Source: Escherichia coli | GTDB lineage: Bacteria; Pseudomonadota; Gammaproteobacteria; Enterobacterales; Enterobacteriaceae | Strand: one strand, 5' to 3' | DNA: 64,000 nucleotides | NCBI RefSeq assembly: GCF_003334255.1 | Contig: NZ_QOWU01000013.1 | Part shown: positions 45,101 to 54,549 of the stretch, piece after piece | Layout of the letters: every line of letters begins with the position of its first letter | How positions within the stretch are numbered: the first letter of the stretch is position 1 | The notes under the pieces: model-generated | What the model was told of the DNA's origin: nothing | The model's input: the letters and a program-made list of their open reading frames with translations, nothing else | The model's database searches: none | Made by a program: the position numbers and the translations under genes

Positions 45101-45375
45101 TCGACATTCTTGCTCATATGCGCGATAAATATCAGTTCACCTATGACGATGAAAAAATGCTGTCACTGGCAAAAGAGATGAAAAGCGTGGTTGACAACAC
45201 ATCGAAATATCCTGACTGGAGTAAACGCGATGATATTAAAGCGAAACTGAAAGTTGAACTTATTCTGCTTCTACACAAGCATAAGTTCCCGCCAGTAGCA
45301 AATGATGATGTTTATATGGGTGTGCTGGCACAGGCAGAGAATTTTAAAGAACATCATATGAGTGCTTTAAATTAA
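42112..45375 (+). CDS. hsdR: type I restriction enzyme R subunit HsdR
   Basis: 1087 aa from the ATG at 42112, preceded by GGAG. It has a PD-(D/E)xK nuclease motif (DGILYINGLPLVVFEFK), a helicase Walker A (GATGCGKS) and a DEAH box (SDEAHRSQ). Confidence 0.95.
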   Translation: MSLSFSEAKLEQAIIELLQDQGYQHLIGDNVPRSTLDQVIIEDDLRHYLAARYQPDGITEEEIQRLIKQFTTLPASDLYESNKTFCRWLANGFLFKRDDRQKKDLYIELLDTRHLPAALRQIFDAEDVPLQQAAELPPSYINPPLNRIKIVNQLKISGKDNQTRIPDGILYINGLPLVVFEFKSAVREQEANIGDAWKQLCKRYRRDIPQLFIYNALCIISDGVNNRMGNLFAPYEYFYSWRKVTGNENREQDGIPSLHSMIQGLFHPVRLLDVIKNFICFPDKAKHEVKICCRYPQYYAARKLYYSIKQARKPFGSGKGGTYFGATGCGKSYTMQFLTRLLMKSVEFASPTIVLITDRTDLDDQLSAQMCNAKNYIGDDTIVPVTSREDLRNQLAGRNSGGVFLTTIHKFTEDTELLSERSNIICISDEAHRSQVNLDQKVIVDKESGKVRKTYGFAKYLHDSLPNATYVGFTGTPIDATLDVFGEVIDSYTMTESVQDEITVRIVYEGRAAKVILDSSKLEEVEKYYEECANAGTNEWQIDESKKATATMNAVLGDEDRLKALAEDFAKHYEKRVAEGSTVKGKAMFVCASREIAWDFYRQLKVIRPAWFEVKQAPDGVVLTEQEQKELPPSEMVKMVMTRGKDDDEALYDLLGTKEYRKELDKQFKNAKSNFKIAIVVDMWLTGFDVPELDTIYIDKPLQKHNLIQTISRVNRKLEGKSKGLVVDYIGIKSQMNQALAMYSRIDATNFEDIQQSVIEVKNHLDLLGQVFYEFDSRDYFSGEPQAQLSCLNRAAEFVLRTQKVERRFMGLVKRMKAAYDVCCGSEALSQTERDHIHYYLAVRSIVFKLTKGDAPDVTQMNARVREMIAEALKADGVEEIYFLGDKKAESIDIFDEDYLARINKIKLPATKIQLLQKLLEKAISDFKKVNQLQGINFTRRFQAIIDRYNERREDDVLNGEEFDTFSQEMTDIIYDIKTEMGTWADLGIDIEEKAFFDILAHMRDKYQFTYDDEKMLSLAKEMKSVVDNTSKYPDWSKRDDIKAKLKVELILLLHKHKFPPVANDDVYMGVLAQAENFKEHHMSALN

Positions 45376-45382
45376 TTATGAA

Positions 45383-45408
45383 GGCCGGATACACTTTGTT
45401 ATCCGGCC
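45383..45408 (+). terminator. hairpin just after hsdR (REP-like arms)
   Basis: ggccggata pairs with tatccggcc across an 8-nt loop, 8 nt after the hsdR stop. Confidence 0.45.
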
Positions 45409-45495
45409 ATTCTGAATTAACGTTAATTTCTCTTCCAGATCTTTCCAGTAACGCTTTTATTATTTTCTATTTTTAGCTGGACTTCCCCCCATATT

Positions 45496-45515
45496 TACTG
45501 ATGATATATCCAGGT
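45496..45515. promoter_or_regulatory. LexA (SOS) box upstream of symE
   Basis: TACTGATGATATATCCAGGT fits CTG-N10-CAG with an AT-rich centre, about 75 nt upstream of the symE ATG. symE is known to be SOS-inducible. Confidence 0.65.
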
Positions 45516-45519
45516 ATTT

Positions 45520-45596
45520 AGCGCGGTGCGGATGTGCGCCAACACACCCGCACCGCTCATCACAATCACTATTTATGGAGAATAGTAATCATGACT
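45520..45596 (-). ncRNA. symR: SymR antisense RNA (type I antitoxin of SymE)
   Basis: By analogy with K-12, the start lies 6 nt inside symE. The minus strand has TTCTGG, 17 nt, TAGAAT, 7 nt, then AGTCAT... starting at 45596. The long GC hairpin gcggtgcgg...ccgcaccgc (45523-45556) would form its 3' end. Ends are approximate. Confidence 0.55.
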
Positions 45597-45929
45597 GACA
45601 CGCATTCTATTGCACAACCGTTCGAACCAGAAGTCTCTCCTGCAAATAACCGTCAATTAACCGTGAGCTATGCGAGCCGCTACCCGGATTACAGCCGTAT
45701 TCCCGCCATCACCCTGAAAGGTCAGTGGCTGGAAGCCGCCGGTTTTGCCACCGGCACTGTGGTAGATGTCAAAGTGATGGAAGGCTGTATTGTCCTCACC
45801 GCCCAACCACCCGCCGCCGAAGAGGGCGAACTGATGCAGTCGCTGCGCCAGGTGTGCAAACTGTCGGCGCGTAAACAAAGGCAGGTGCAGGATTTTATTG
45901 GGGTGATTAGTAGCAAAACGCCACGCTAA
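45591..45929 (+). CDS. symE: SOS-induced toxin-like endoribonuclease SymE (AbrB/SpoVT fold)
   Basis: ORF frame trimmed to [52 protein letters not shown]... (112 aa). Confidence 0.9.
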   Translation: MTDTHSIAQPFEPEVSPANNRQLTVSYASRYPDYSRIPAITLKGQWLEAAGFATGTVVDVKVMEGCIVLTAQPPAAEEGELMQSLRQVCKLSARKQRQVQDFIGVISSKTPR

Positions 45930-45938
45930 GTTTCTCTC

Positions 45939-45959
45939 CCCTTCCCCATACGGGAAGGG
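45939..45959. terminator. hairpin between convergent symE and yjiS
   Basis: cccttccc pairs with gggaaggg across a 5-nt loop. Confidence 0.5.
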
Positions 45960-45970
45960 AAATTGCCCCC

Positions 45971-46135
45971 TCACTCCACATCCTCCCTGCGTAACCCGAT
46001 ATCCCTCAACCGCTCATCACTCATCTGCTGTAACACCCGCCGGGCCTGCATTTGCCGCCGCCAACGCCTCACCGCCTGCCAGAGTTGCACGAAGCCGATA
46101 AACGGCGCGTTGGCTTTGTTTTCGTGAAATTCCAT
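45971..46135 (-). CDS. yjiS: DUF1127 small protein YjiS
   Basis: Absent from the ORF track because it is under 60 aa. Hand translation gives MEFHENKANAPFIGFVQLWQAVRRWRRQMQARRVLQQMSDERLRDIGLRREDVE (54 aa). A GAGGAGG Shine-Dalgarno lies 6 nt upstream of the ATG (46133-46135). Confidence 0.8.
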   Translation of the reverse strand: MEFHENKANAPFIGFVQLWQAVRRWRRQMQARRVLQQMSDERLRDIGLRREDVE

Positions 46136-46311
46136 CTGCTGCCTCCTCATCTTTCAGAGGCTTCATCATCCGCCTTCTGGCAGTTCACAATACAGATGCA
46201 AATATTAGTTTTATTTAACATACAGACAGGTTAAAACAGCATCTGCATCCGGTTTTTTAGCCTCATCTGTACCGGTTTTTCTCTCTGTATGGTCCAAATA
46301 AGGAATACAGC

Positions 46312-47724
46312 ATGACGCGTTATCAACATCTGGCAACTCTGCTTGCCGAGCGGATTGAGCAAGGGCTGTATCGTCACGGGGAGAAATTGCCGTCGGTGCG
46401 CAGCTTAAGTCAGGAGCACGGCGTCAGCATCAGCACCGTGCAGCAGGCGTATCAGACGCTGGAGACGATGAAGCTCATCACTCCGCAGCCGCGTTCGGGG
46501 TATTTTGTCGCACAACGTAAAGCCCAGCCGCCAGTGCCGCCGATGACGCGTCCGGTGCAGCGCCCGGTGGAAATTACCCAGTGGGATCAGGTGCTGGATA
46601 TGCTGGAGGCGCATAGCGACAGTTCCATTGTTCCGTTAAGCAAAAGCACGCCGGATGTCGAAACGCCCAGCCTGAAACCGCTCTGGCGGGAGCTAAGCCG
46701 GGTGGTGCAGCATAATCTGCAAACCGTTCTCGGTTATGACTTGTTAGCCGGTCAGCGAGTGTTGCGGGAGCAGATTGCCCGCCTGATGCTCGACAGTGGC
46801 TCGGTGGTCACCGCCGATGACATCATCATCACCAGCGGCTGCCATAACTCGATGTCGCTGGCGTTAATGGCGGTGTGTAAACCGGGCGATATTGTCGCGG
46901 TCGAATCCCCCTGTTATTACGGTTCGATGCAGATGCTGCGTGGCATGGGCGTGAAAGTGATTGAAATCCCAACCGATCCAGAAACAGGCATCAGCGTTGA
47001 AGCGCTGGAACTGGCGCTGGAACAGTGGCCGATTAAAGGCATCATTCTGGTGCCAAACTGTAATAATCCGCTGGGATTTATTATGCCGGACGCGCGCAAA
47101 CGGGCCGTTCTCTCTCTCGCTCAGCGTCATGATATTGTGATTTTTGAAGATGATGTCTACGGCGAACTGGCAACGGAGTATCCGCGCCCGCGGACCATTC
47201 ATTCCTGGGATATCGACGGGCGAGTGCTGTTGTGCAGCTCGTTCAGTAAAAGCATTGCACCTGGCCTGCGCGTGGGTTGGGTCGCACCGGGGCGTTATCA
47301 CGATAAACTGATGCATATGAAATACGCCATCAGCAGCTTTAATGTGCCGTCCACGCAAATGGCGGCGGCAACGTTTGTGCTGGAAGGTCACTATCATCGC
47401 CATATCCGGCGGATGCGGCAGACTTATCAGCGCAATCTGGCACTTTATACCTGCTGGATACGGGAATATTTTCCCTGCGAAATCTGTATTACGCGCCCGA
47501 AAGGCGGATTTTTACTGTGGATAGAATTGCCTGAACAGGTCGATATGGTCTGCGTCGCGCGGCAGCTGTGCCGCATGAAAATCCAGGTGGCGGCAGGCTC
47601 GATTTTCTCGGCTTCCGGCAAATACCGTAATTGTCTGCGCATCAACTGCGCTTTGCCGCTCAGCGAAACCTATCGCGAAGCACTGAAGCAAATTGGCGAA
47701 GCCGTGTATCGGGCAATGGAATGA
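46312..47724 (+). CDS. yjiR: MocR-family regulator (GntR HTH fused to a PLP aminotransferase-like domain) YjiR
   Basis: 470-aa ORF with the N-terminal GntR HTH LPSVRSLSQEHGVSISTVQQAY and a fold-type I aminotransferase-like C-terminal domain containing SFSKSIAPGLRVG. Confidence 0.9.
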   Translation: MTRYQHLATLLAERIEQGLYRHGEKLPSVRSLSQEHGVSISTVQQAYQTLETMKLITPQPRSGYFVAQRKAQPPVPPMTRPVQRPVEITQWDQVLDMLEAHSDSSIVPLSKSTPDVETPSLKPLWRELSRVVQHNLQTVLGYDLLAGQRVLREQIARLMLDSGSVVTADDIIITSGCHNSMSLALMAVCKPGDIVAVESPCYYGSMQMLRGMGVKVIEIPTDPETGISVEALELALEQWPIKGIILVPNCNNPLGFIMPDARKRAVLSLAQRHDIVIFEDDVYGELATEYPRPRTIHSWDIDGRVLLCSSFSKSIAPGLRVGWVAPGRYHDKLMHMKYAISSFNVPSTQMAAATFVLEGHYHRHIRRMRQTYQRNLALYTCWIREYFPCEICITRPKGGFLLWIELPEQVDMVCVARQLCRMKIQVAAGSIFSASGKYRNCLRINCALPLSETYREALKQIGEAVYRAME

Positions 47725-47841
47725 ATTCGAAATAGTGGCGAGCCCCCTGATTTCCTCTCACGAATAGCGTGTGACTCGTTTTATCTTTGCAGGGTCATCT
47801 CCACGTTCCAGCATGGCTTAGGCAAAATGCGCTTTGTTCAT

Positions 47842-47939
47842 GCCGGATGCCATGTGAACGCCTTACCAAGTCTACAAAATCTTTAAAGTTCAATATAGTG
47901 AATGGGTTATGTAGACCTGATAAGCGTAGCACATCAGGC
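47842..47939. repeat. degenerate REP pair
   Basis: gccggatgccatgtgaacgccttaccaagtctac is paired with the inverted copy gtagacctgataagcgtagcacatcaggc. Confidence 0.7.
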
Positions 47940-47966
47940 TGCTTTGCGTTTGTCATCAGTCTCTGA

Positions 47967-48911
47967 TTAGTACTCGATCCATGGATCGCGCTTGCTTTCA
48001 GGCAAGGGTTGCTCTAATGCCTGCATTTGCTCTGCCGAAAGTCCGGTAATCTTTTGTATCCATTCAGGATCTGCCCCATTCTGCAACAACAATCGGAGGA
48101 GGTGCTGTTCCCCTTCTTCTTTCCCTTTTTCCATCCCCAACAGCCATCCATCATTATAAATTCGCTCTGCAATCGTCATTATTCGCTCCCTGTGTTGTGG
48201 CATTCGACGGGTAAGTTCGCTGATAAACTTCTTAAAACGCGCTTCATCGCCAGTCAGTAAAATGTAATTTAACAGCGCGGTTATCTGGCTGTCATTAGCA
48301 CACTCTGTAACCAGTAATAGTACCAGTTGATCGATAAGCCCCATCAGATCGCGCTGGCGAATATGCTTTTGGATCAACTCCAACAGGGCGACTCTGCGAT
48401 GCTGCACAATCTCGTCGTCTGGCACGACAGTGACATCCACCAGCGGGAACGCTGCGGTATAAAGCTTCCGTGCGGTGGTCGGGTCAGCAAATTCGTCCAG
48501 CCAGCACAGGGACCAGGGATAAGGACTACGGCTACCGTGATAAAACAGCATCGGGATGACCAGCGGTAGCGGCCGGCGTTTATCATGCTCGATATGGCGC
48601 TGCATCACCGCCATGGAATATCGCATCAGGCGAAAGGCCATATGGATATCCTCGCGGCTCTGATGTTCAATCACCACATAAATATAGCCATCGCCTTCGC
48701 GGGTCTTTACCGACCACAGAATATCGGAATGTAGCGCCCGCAATTTTTCATCGACAAAGCTGGCGGATTCCAGTTTTAAGCTGTCGAGATCGCACAGTTC
48801 ACGTAAATCTTTGGGTAAGTGGATCTCCATAAAATCCCGCGCGGTGTCAGGGTGCGTGAGAAAGGATTTAAATAATGCGTCATGCGGCGTGCTGGTTGTG
48901 AAGTTTGTCAT
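47967..48911 (-). CDS. rpnD: Rpn-family recombination-promoting nuclease (PD-(D/E)xK, transposase_31-like), apparently intact
   Basis: 314-aa [36 protein letters not shown]...IEHQS.... It sits at the yjiP/yjiQ position next to mdtM. Confidence 0.85.
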   Translation of the reverse strand: MTNFTTSTPHDALFKSFLTHPDTARDFMEIHLPKDLRELCDLDSLKLESASFVDEKLRALHSDILWSVKTREGDGYIYVVIEHQSREDIHMAFRLMRYSMAVMQRHIEHDKRRPLPLVIPMLFYHGSRSPYPWSLCWLDEFADPTTARKLYTAAFPLVDVTVVPDDEIVQHRRVALLELIQKHIRQRDLMGLIDQLVLLLVTECANDSQITALLNYILLTGDEARFKKFISELTRRMPQHRERIMTIAERIYNDGWLLGMEKGKEEGEQHLLRLLLQNGADPEWIQKITGLSAEQMQALEQPLPESKRDPWIEY

Positions 48912-49377
48912 GGCGATCCGTCACCTGTAGATAAGATGGCCCGACTGTAGCGACTAACAAAACCATTCTCACCCGGCAATTTCCCATTCCCCGAGGTGCT
49001 TTCCAGGCTATTTTTGTTCCTCTGCAAACGATACATTTTTCCGGAAACAGGCTCGCGTTTTACATTTCCTGTACCCGGCAGATATTCCCCTTTCCACCGC
49101 ACTCTTTTGATTAACCGCAAATTTTAATTACACTTAAGGTGTATATTTTCTATGCAACCCATCAATTCAAGAGGTGTAATGTGCTGATGACTATTTGTAA
49201 TCGTTATACATTCTGACCTGGAGTCAGAAGGTATTTCTCTGTCTGTGTGTTCACAGGCAGTGTGGTTGATTACATGAAATTCAGTACATTTGTCCTTCTC
49301 GCCTGCCTTTCGTCATTACCGACGGTATTGAATTTCGTTTTCCCCATTGGGGTTCTCCGGACAAGGAGTTGTTTGTT

Positions 49378-50610
49378 ATGCCACGTTTTTTTGCCCGCCA
49401 TGCCGCCACGCTGTTTTTCCCGATGGCGTTGATTTTGTATGACTTTGCTGCGTATCTGTCGACGGACCTGATCCAGCCAGGGATCATTAATGTGGTCCGT
49501 GATTTTAATGCCGATGTCAGTCTGGCCCCTGCTGCCGTCAGTCTCTATCTTGCTGGCGGTATGGCGTTACAGTGGCTGCTGGGGCCGCTTTCCGACAGAA
49601 TTGGCCGCAGGCCGGTGCTGATTACCGGGGCGTTAATTTTTACCCTTGCCTGCGCCGCGACAATGTTCACCACGTCAATGACACAATTTCTTATCGCGCG
49701 TGCAATTCAGGGCACCAGTATCTGTTTTATTGCCACCGTTGGTTATGTCACGGTGCAGGAGGCGTTCGGACAGACAAAAGGGATCAAGTTGATGGCGATT
49801 ATCACCTCCATCGTACTGATTGCGCCGATTATCGGCCCGCTTTCCGGCGCAGCTCTGATGCACTTTGTGCACTGGAAAGTCCTTTTTGCCATCATTGCGG
49901 TTATGGGTTTTATCTCATTTGTTGGCTTACTGCTGGCGATGCCAGAGACGGTGAAGCGCGGCGCGGTTCCATTTAGCGCCAAAAGCGTCTTGCGCGATTT
50001 TCGTAATGTCTTTTGCAATCGGCTGTTCCTCTTTGGCGCAGCAACCATCTCTTTAAGCTATATCCCCATGATGAGTTGGGTGGCTGTCTCGCCGGTGATC
50101 CTGATCGACGCGGGCGGCTTAACAACTTCGCAGTTCGCCTGGACACAGGTTCCGGTGTTCGGCGCGGTGATTGTCGCGAATGCCATCGTGGCGCGTTTCG
50201 TTAAAGATCCGACCGAACCGCGGTTTATGTGGCGTGCCGTACCCCTTCAACTGGTTGGCCTCGCGCTGTTGATTATCGGCAATCTGCTGTCACCGCACGT
50301 CTGGCTGTGGTCGGTGCTGGGCACCAGTCTGTATGCTTTCGGGATTGGTTTGATTTTCCCGACCTTATTCCGCTTTACGCTGTTTTCCAATAACTTACCG
50401 AAAGGGACCGTCTCCGCATCGCTGAATATGGTGATCCTGATGGTGATGTCTGTCTCGGTCGAAATCGGCCGCTGGCTGTGGTTTAACGGCGGTCGCTTGC
50501 CGTTTCATCTATTAGCCGTCGTGGCGGGCGTTATCGTCGTTTTCACCCTGGCGGGATTGCTCAATCGCGTGCGCCAACATCAGGCTGCCGAGCTGGCGGA
50601 GGAGCGGTGA
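49378..50610 (+). CDS. mdtM: MFS multidrug efflux pump MdtM
   Basis: ORF frame trimmed to [30 protein letters not shown] (410 aa). Confidence 0.92.
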   Translation: MPRFFARHAATLFFPMALILYDFAAYLSTDLIQPGIINVVRDFNADVSLAPAAVSLYLAGGMALQWLLGPLSDRIGRRPVLITGALIFTLACAATMFTTSMTQFLIARAIQGTSICFIATVGYVTVQEAFGQTKGIKLMAIITSIVLIAPIIGPLSGAALMHFVHWKVLFAIIAVMGFISFVGLLLAMPETVKRGAVPFSAKSVLRDFRNVFCNRLFLFGAATISLSYIPMMSWVAVSPVILIDAGGLTTSQFAWTQVPVFGAVIVANAIVARFVKDPTEPRFMWRAVPLQLVGLALLIIGNLLSPHVWLWSVLGTSLYAFGIGLIFPTLFRFTLFSNNLPKGTVSASLNMVILMVMSVSVEIGRWLWFNGGRLPFHLLAVVAGVIVVFTLAGLLNRVRQHQAAELAEER

Positions 50611-50650
50611 TTTTTGCGCGATCCTGCCGTCAGGCTCTATTCTTAACGTT

Positions 50651-51931
50651 ATGAATAAACTCATTGAACTCAGACGCGCCAAAATGTTGGCGCTCTCTTT
50701 ACTGCTTATCGCCGCTGCTACCTTTGTCGTTACGCTGTTTTTGCCGCCCAATTTTTGGGTGAGCGGCGTGAAGGCGATTGCTGAAGCGGCGATGGTCGGC
50801 GCGCTGGCGGACTGGTTTGCGGTGGTGGCGCTGTTTCGCCGCGTGCCAATTCCGATCATTTCTCGTCATACGGCGATTATCCCGCGTAATAAAGACCGGA
50901 TTGGCGAAAATCTCGGTCAGTTCGTGCAGGAAAAATTTCTCGATACCCAGTCGCTGGTGGCATTGATTCGACGCCACGAACCGGCGTTGTTGATTGGCAA
51001 CTGGTTTAGTCAGCCAGAAAACGCCCGCCGCGTTGGTCAGCATCTGTTGCAGATCATGAGTGGTTTTCTTGAACTGACCGATGATGCGCGTATTCAGCGC
51101 CTGCTTAAGCGCGCGGTCCATCGGGCGATTGATAAAGTCGATCTTTCCGGCACCAGTGCGTTGATGCTGGAGAGTATGACCAAAAACGATCGTCATCAGG
51201 TGCTGCTGGATACGCTGATCGCGCAGTTGATTGCTCTTCTCCAGCGCGATAAATCGCGCAAGTTTATTGCCCAGCAAATTGTTCGCTGGCTGGAGAGCGA
51301 GCATCCGCTGAAAGCCAAAATTTTGCCTACTGAATGGCTGGGCGAACATAGCGCGGAGTTGGTTTCTGACGCGGTGAATTCTTTGCTTGATGATATCAGC
51401 CGCGATCGTGCGCATCAGATCCGTCATGCGTTTGATCGCGCCACTTTTGCCCTGATCGACAAGTTGAAAAACGATCCGGAAATGGCAGCGCGAGCCGATG
51501 CCGTAAAAAGTTATCTGAAAGAAGATGAAGCTTTTAACCGCTATCTCAGTGAATTGTGGGGGGATTTACGGGAATGGCTGAAAGCGGATATCGACAGTGA
51601 AGATTCTCGTGTGAAAGAACGTATCGCGCGGGCGGGTCAATGGTTTGGCGAAACGTTAATTGCCGATGATGCCTTGCGGGCGTCGTTAAATGGTCATCTG
51701 GAACAAGCCGCGCACCGCGTCGCGCCTGAGTTTTCTGCATTCCTGACGCGCCATATCAGCGATACGGTAAAAAGCTGGGATGCGCGGGATATGTCGCGGC
51801 AAATCGAGTTAAATATCGGCAAAGATCTGCAGTTTATTCGTGTCAACGGTACGCTGGTTGGCGGTTGTATTGGGCTAATTTTGTATTTGCTTTCGCAGCT
51901 CCCGGCCTTGTTCCCCCTCGGCAATTTTTAG
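50651..51931 (+). CDS. yjiN: DUF445 membrane protein YjiN
   Basis: 426-aa ORF with N-terminal and C-terminal transmembrane helices. Confidence 0.88.
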   Translation: MNKLIELRRAKMLALSLLLIAAATFVVTLFLPPNFWVSGVKAIAEAAMVGALADWFAVVALFRRVPIPIISRHTAIIPRNKDRIGENLGQFVQEKFLDTQSLVALIRRHEPALLIGNWFSQPENARRVGQHLLQIMSGFLELTDDARIQRLLKRAVHRAIDKVDLSGTSALMLESMTKNDRHQVLLDTLIAQLIALLQRDKSRKFIAQQIVRWLESEHPLKAKILPTEWLGEHSAELVSDAVNSLLDDISRDRAHQIRHAFDRATFALIDKLKNDPEMAARADAVKSYLKEDEAFNRYLSELWGDLREWLKADIDSEDSRVKERIARAGQWFGETLIADDALRASLNGHLEQAAHRVAPEFSAFLTRHISDTVKSWDARDMSRQIELNIGKDLQFIRVNGTLVGGCIGLILYLLSQLPALFPLGNF

Positions 51932-52046
51932 AAATCCATGAAAAACTAAGTGGCTAACCGCGAGAGAGATCAAATAAACCATACTAAAAGAATGGTAATA
52001 ATGTGGCCTCTTTTCATTATCTCCCGTGGTACGGGGAAGGAAAATC

Positions 52047-53198
52047 ATGTCACTTGTCACCGATCTACCCGCCATTTTCGATCAGTTCTCTGAAGCTCGC
52101 CAGAAAGGCTTTCTCACCGTCATGGATCTCAAGGAGCGCGGCATTCCGCTGGTTGGCACCTACTGCACCTTTATGCCGCAAGAGATCCCGATGGCAGCCG
52201 GTGCAGTTGTGGTTTCGCTCTGTTCCACCTCTGATGAAACCATTGAAGAAGCCGAGAAAGATCTGCCGCGCAACCTCTGCCCGCTGATTAAAAGCAGCTA
52301 CGGCTTCGGCAAAACCGATAAATGCCCCTACTTCTACTTTTCTGATCTGGTGGTCGGTGAAACCACCTGCGACGGCAAAAAGAAAATGTATGAATACATG
52401 GCGGAGTTTAAGCCTGTTCATGTGATGCAGTTACCGAACAGCGTTAAGGACGATGCCTCGCGTGCATTGTGGAAAGCCGAGATGCTGCGCTTGCAAAAAA
52501 CGGTAGAAGAACGTTTTGGGCACGAAATTAGCGAAGATGCTCTGCGCGATGCCATTGCGCTGAAAAACCGCGAACGTCGCGCACTGGCTAATTTTTATCA
52601 TCTTGGGCAGTTAAATCCTCCGGCGCTTAGCGGCAGCGACATTCTGAAAGTGGTTTACGGCGCAACCTTCCGGTTCGATAAAGAGGCGTTGATCAATGAA
52701 CTGGATGCAATGACCGCCCGCGTTCGTCAGCAGTGGGAAGAAGGCCAGCGACTGGACCCGCGTCCGCGCATTTTAATCACCGGCTGCCCGATTGGCGGCG
52801 CAGCAGAAAAAGTGGTGCGCGCGATTGAAGAGAATGGCGGCTGGGTTGTCGGTTATGAAAACTGCACCGGGGCGAAAGCGACCGAGCAATGCGTGGCAGA
52901 AACGGGCGATGTCTACGACGCGCTGGCGGATAAATATCTGGCGATTGGCTGCTCCTGTGTTTCGCCGAACGATCAGCGCCTGAAAATGCTCAGCCAGATG
53001 GTGGAAGAATATCAGGTCGATGGCGTAGTTGATGTGATTTTGCAGGCGTGCCATACCTACGCGGTGGAATCGCTGGCGATTAAACGTCATGTGCGCCAGC
53101 AGCACAACATTCCTTATATCGCTATTGAAACAGACTACTCCACCTCGGATGTCGGGCAGCTCAGCACCCGCGTCGCGGCCTTTATTGAGATGCTGTAA
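52047..53198 (+). CDS. yjiM: 2-hydroxyacyl-CoA dehydratase / double-cubane-cluster-type Fe-S protein YjiM
   Basis: ORF frame trimmed to MSLVTDLPAIFDQF (383 aa). Several conserved-looking cysteines are present (GTYCTF, NLCPLIK, ETTCDGKKK, TGCPIGG, ENCTGAK, QACHTY). Confidence 0.9.
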   Translation: MSLVTDLPAIFDQFSEARQKGFLTVMDLKERGIPLVGTYCTFMPQEIPMAAGAVVVSLCSTSDETIEEAEKDLPRNLCPLIKSSYGFGKTDKCPYFYFSDLVVGETTCDGKKKMYEYMAEFKPVHVMQLPNSVKDDASRALWKAEMLRLQKTVEERFGHEISEDALRDAIALKNRERRALANFYHLGQLNPPALSGSDILKVVYGATFRFDKEALINELDAMTARVRQQWEEGQRLDPRPRILITGCPIGGAAEKVVRAIEENGGWVVGYENCTGAKATEQCVAETGDVYDALADKYLAIGCSCVSPNDQRLKMLSQMVEEYQVDGVVDVILQACHTYAVESLAIKRHVRQQHNIPYIAIETDYSTSDVGQLSTRVAAFIEML

Positions 53199-53207
53199 GG
53201 AGTGGCA

Positions 53208-53971
<764 letters not shown>

Positions 53972-53975
<4 letters not shown>

Positions 53976-54238
53976 AAGAGTTTTTATTTTTATTTCACTC
54001 CACGGTCGGCGTCATACAAACCCGTAAGGCGTTGCAGGCAGCGGGCATGACTTTTCGCGTCAGCGATATTCCCCGTGATTTACGCGGCGGCTGCGGGTTA
54101 TGCATTTGGCTGACCTGTCCGCCCGGCGAGGAAATACAATGGGTGATCCCTGGGCAGACCGAAGCGATATATTGCCAGCAGGGCAGCGACTGGCAGTGCG
54201 TGGTGCATTACGATTCAGAAGCGTCAACCAGGCAATAA
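53972..54238 (+). CDS. DUF3343-like small protein, translationally coupled to yjiL
   Basis: 88-aa ORF whose ATG overlaps the yjiL stop (ATGA). FLFLFHSTVGVIQTRKALQAAGMTFRVSDIPRDLRGGCGLCI fits the DUF3343 pattern (F.ST..a...K.L...G......P......CG..I). Confidence 0.7.
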
Positions 54239-54443
54239 GACCTTTAAATATAACGCCCGGATATTTGGCTGCACATAATCCTCATGAAGTAAGTTGTATT
54301 AAATATCTCGCCTGCCGTGAAATATTTCCCATCCACAAAATGAGCGATTTTTGATAGCACCTTGCTATTGCGCGTCTAAAATACAATATACATTGTATTA
54401 TACTTAAACCCATAATTATACATAGAGCAATAAAATGATTACC

Positions 54444-54499
54444 GGGTGTGGTAATGATAAAGATAAGTTTCAGTGTGAAGCTTATCTTTACCCACACCC
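54444..54499. other. 56-bp compound inverted repeat upstream of the pentapeptide-repeat gene
   Basis: gggtgtgg (54444-54451) pairs with ccacaccc (54492-54499). Inside it, taaagataag (54458-54467) pairs with cttatcttta (54481-54490). The structure ends 50 nt before the ATG at 54550. Confidence 0.4.
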
Positions 54500-54549
54500 C
54501 CTGATTATTTTAGATTTAGAAGAACATTTCACAATTCAAGGATAAAAAT

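Noticed and set aside
47967-48911. rpnD as a transposase or IS element
   Set aside because: The Rpn family is only distantly transposase-like (PD-(D/E)xK). I see no terminal inverted repeats or target-site duplication, and the gene sits at its conserved chromosomal position.
49274-49432. Small ORF with a lipoprotein-like N-terminus ([11 protein letters not shown]...) upstream of and overlapping the mdtM start
   Set aside because: It has a weak or absent Shine-Dalgarno and overlaps mdtM out of frame. The C-terminal half is an arbitrary read-through of the mdtM 5' end. It cannot be supported without conservation or expression data.
54282-54497. 71-aa hydrophobic minus-strand ORF in the AT-rich DNA upstream of the pentapeptide-repeat gene
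   Set aside because: AT-rich sequence readily yields Ile/Leu/Phe-rich ORFs. It has no ribosome-binding site and overlaps the compound hairpin. I left it unannotated, though a small membrane peptide cannot be excluded.
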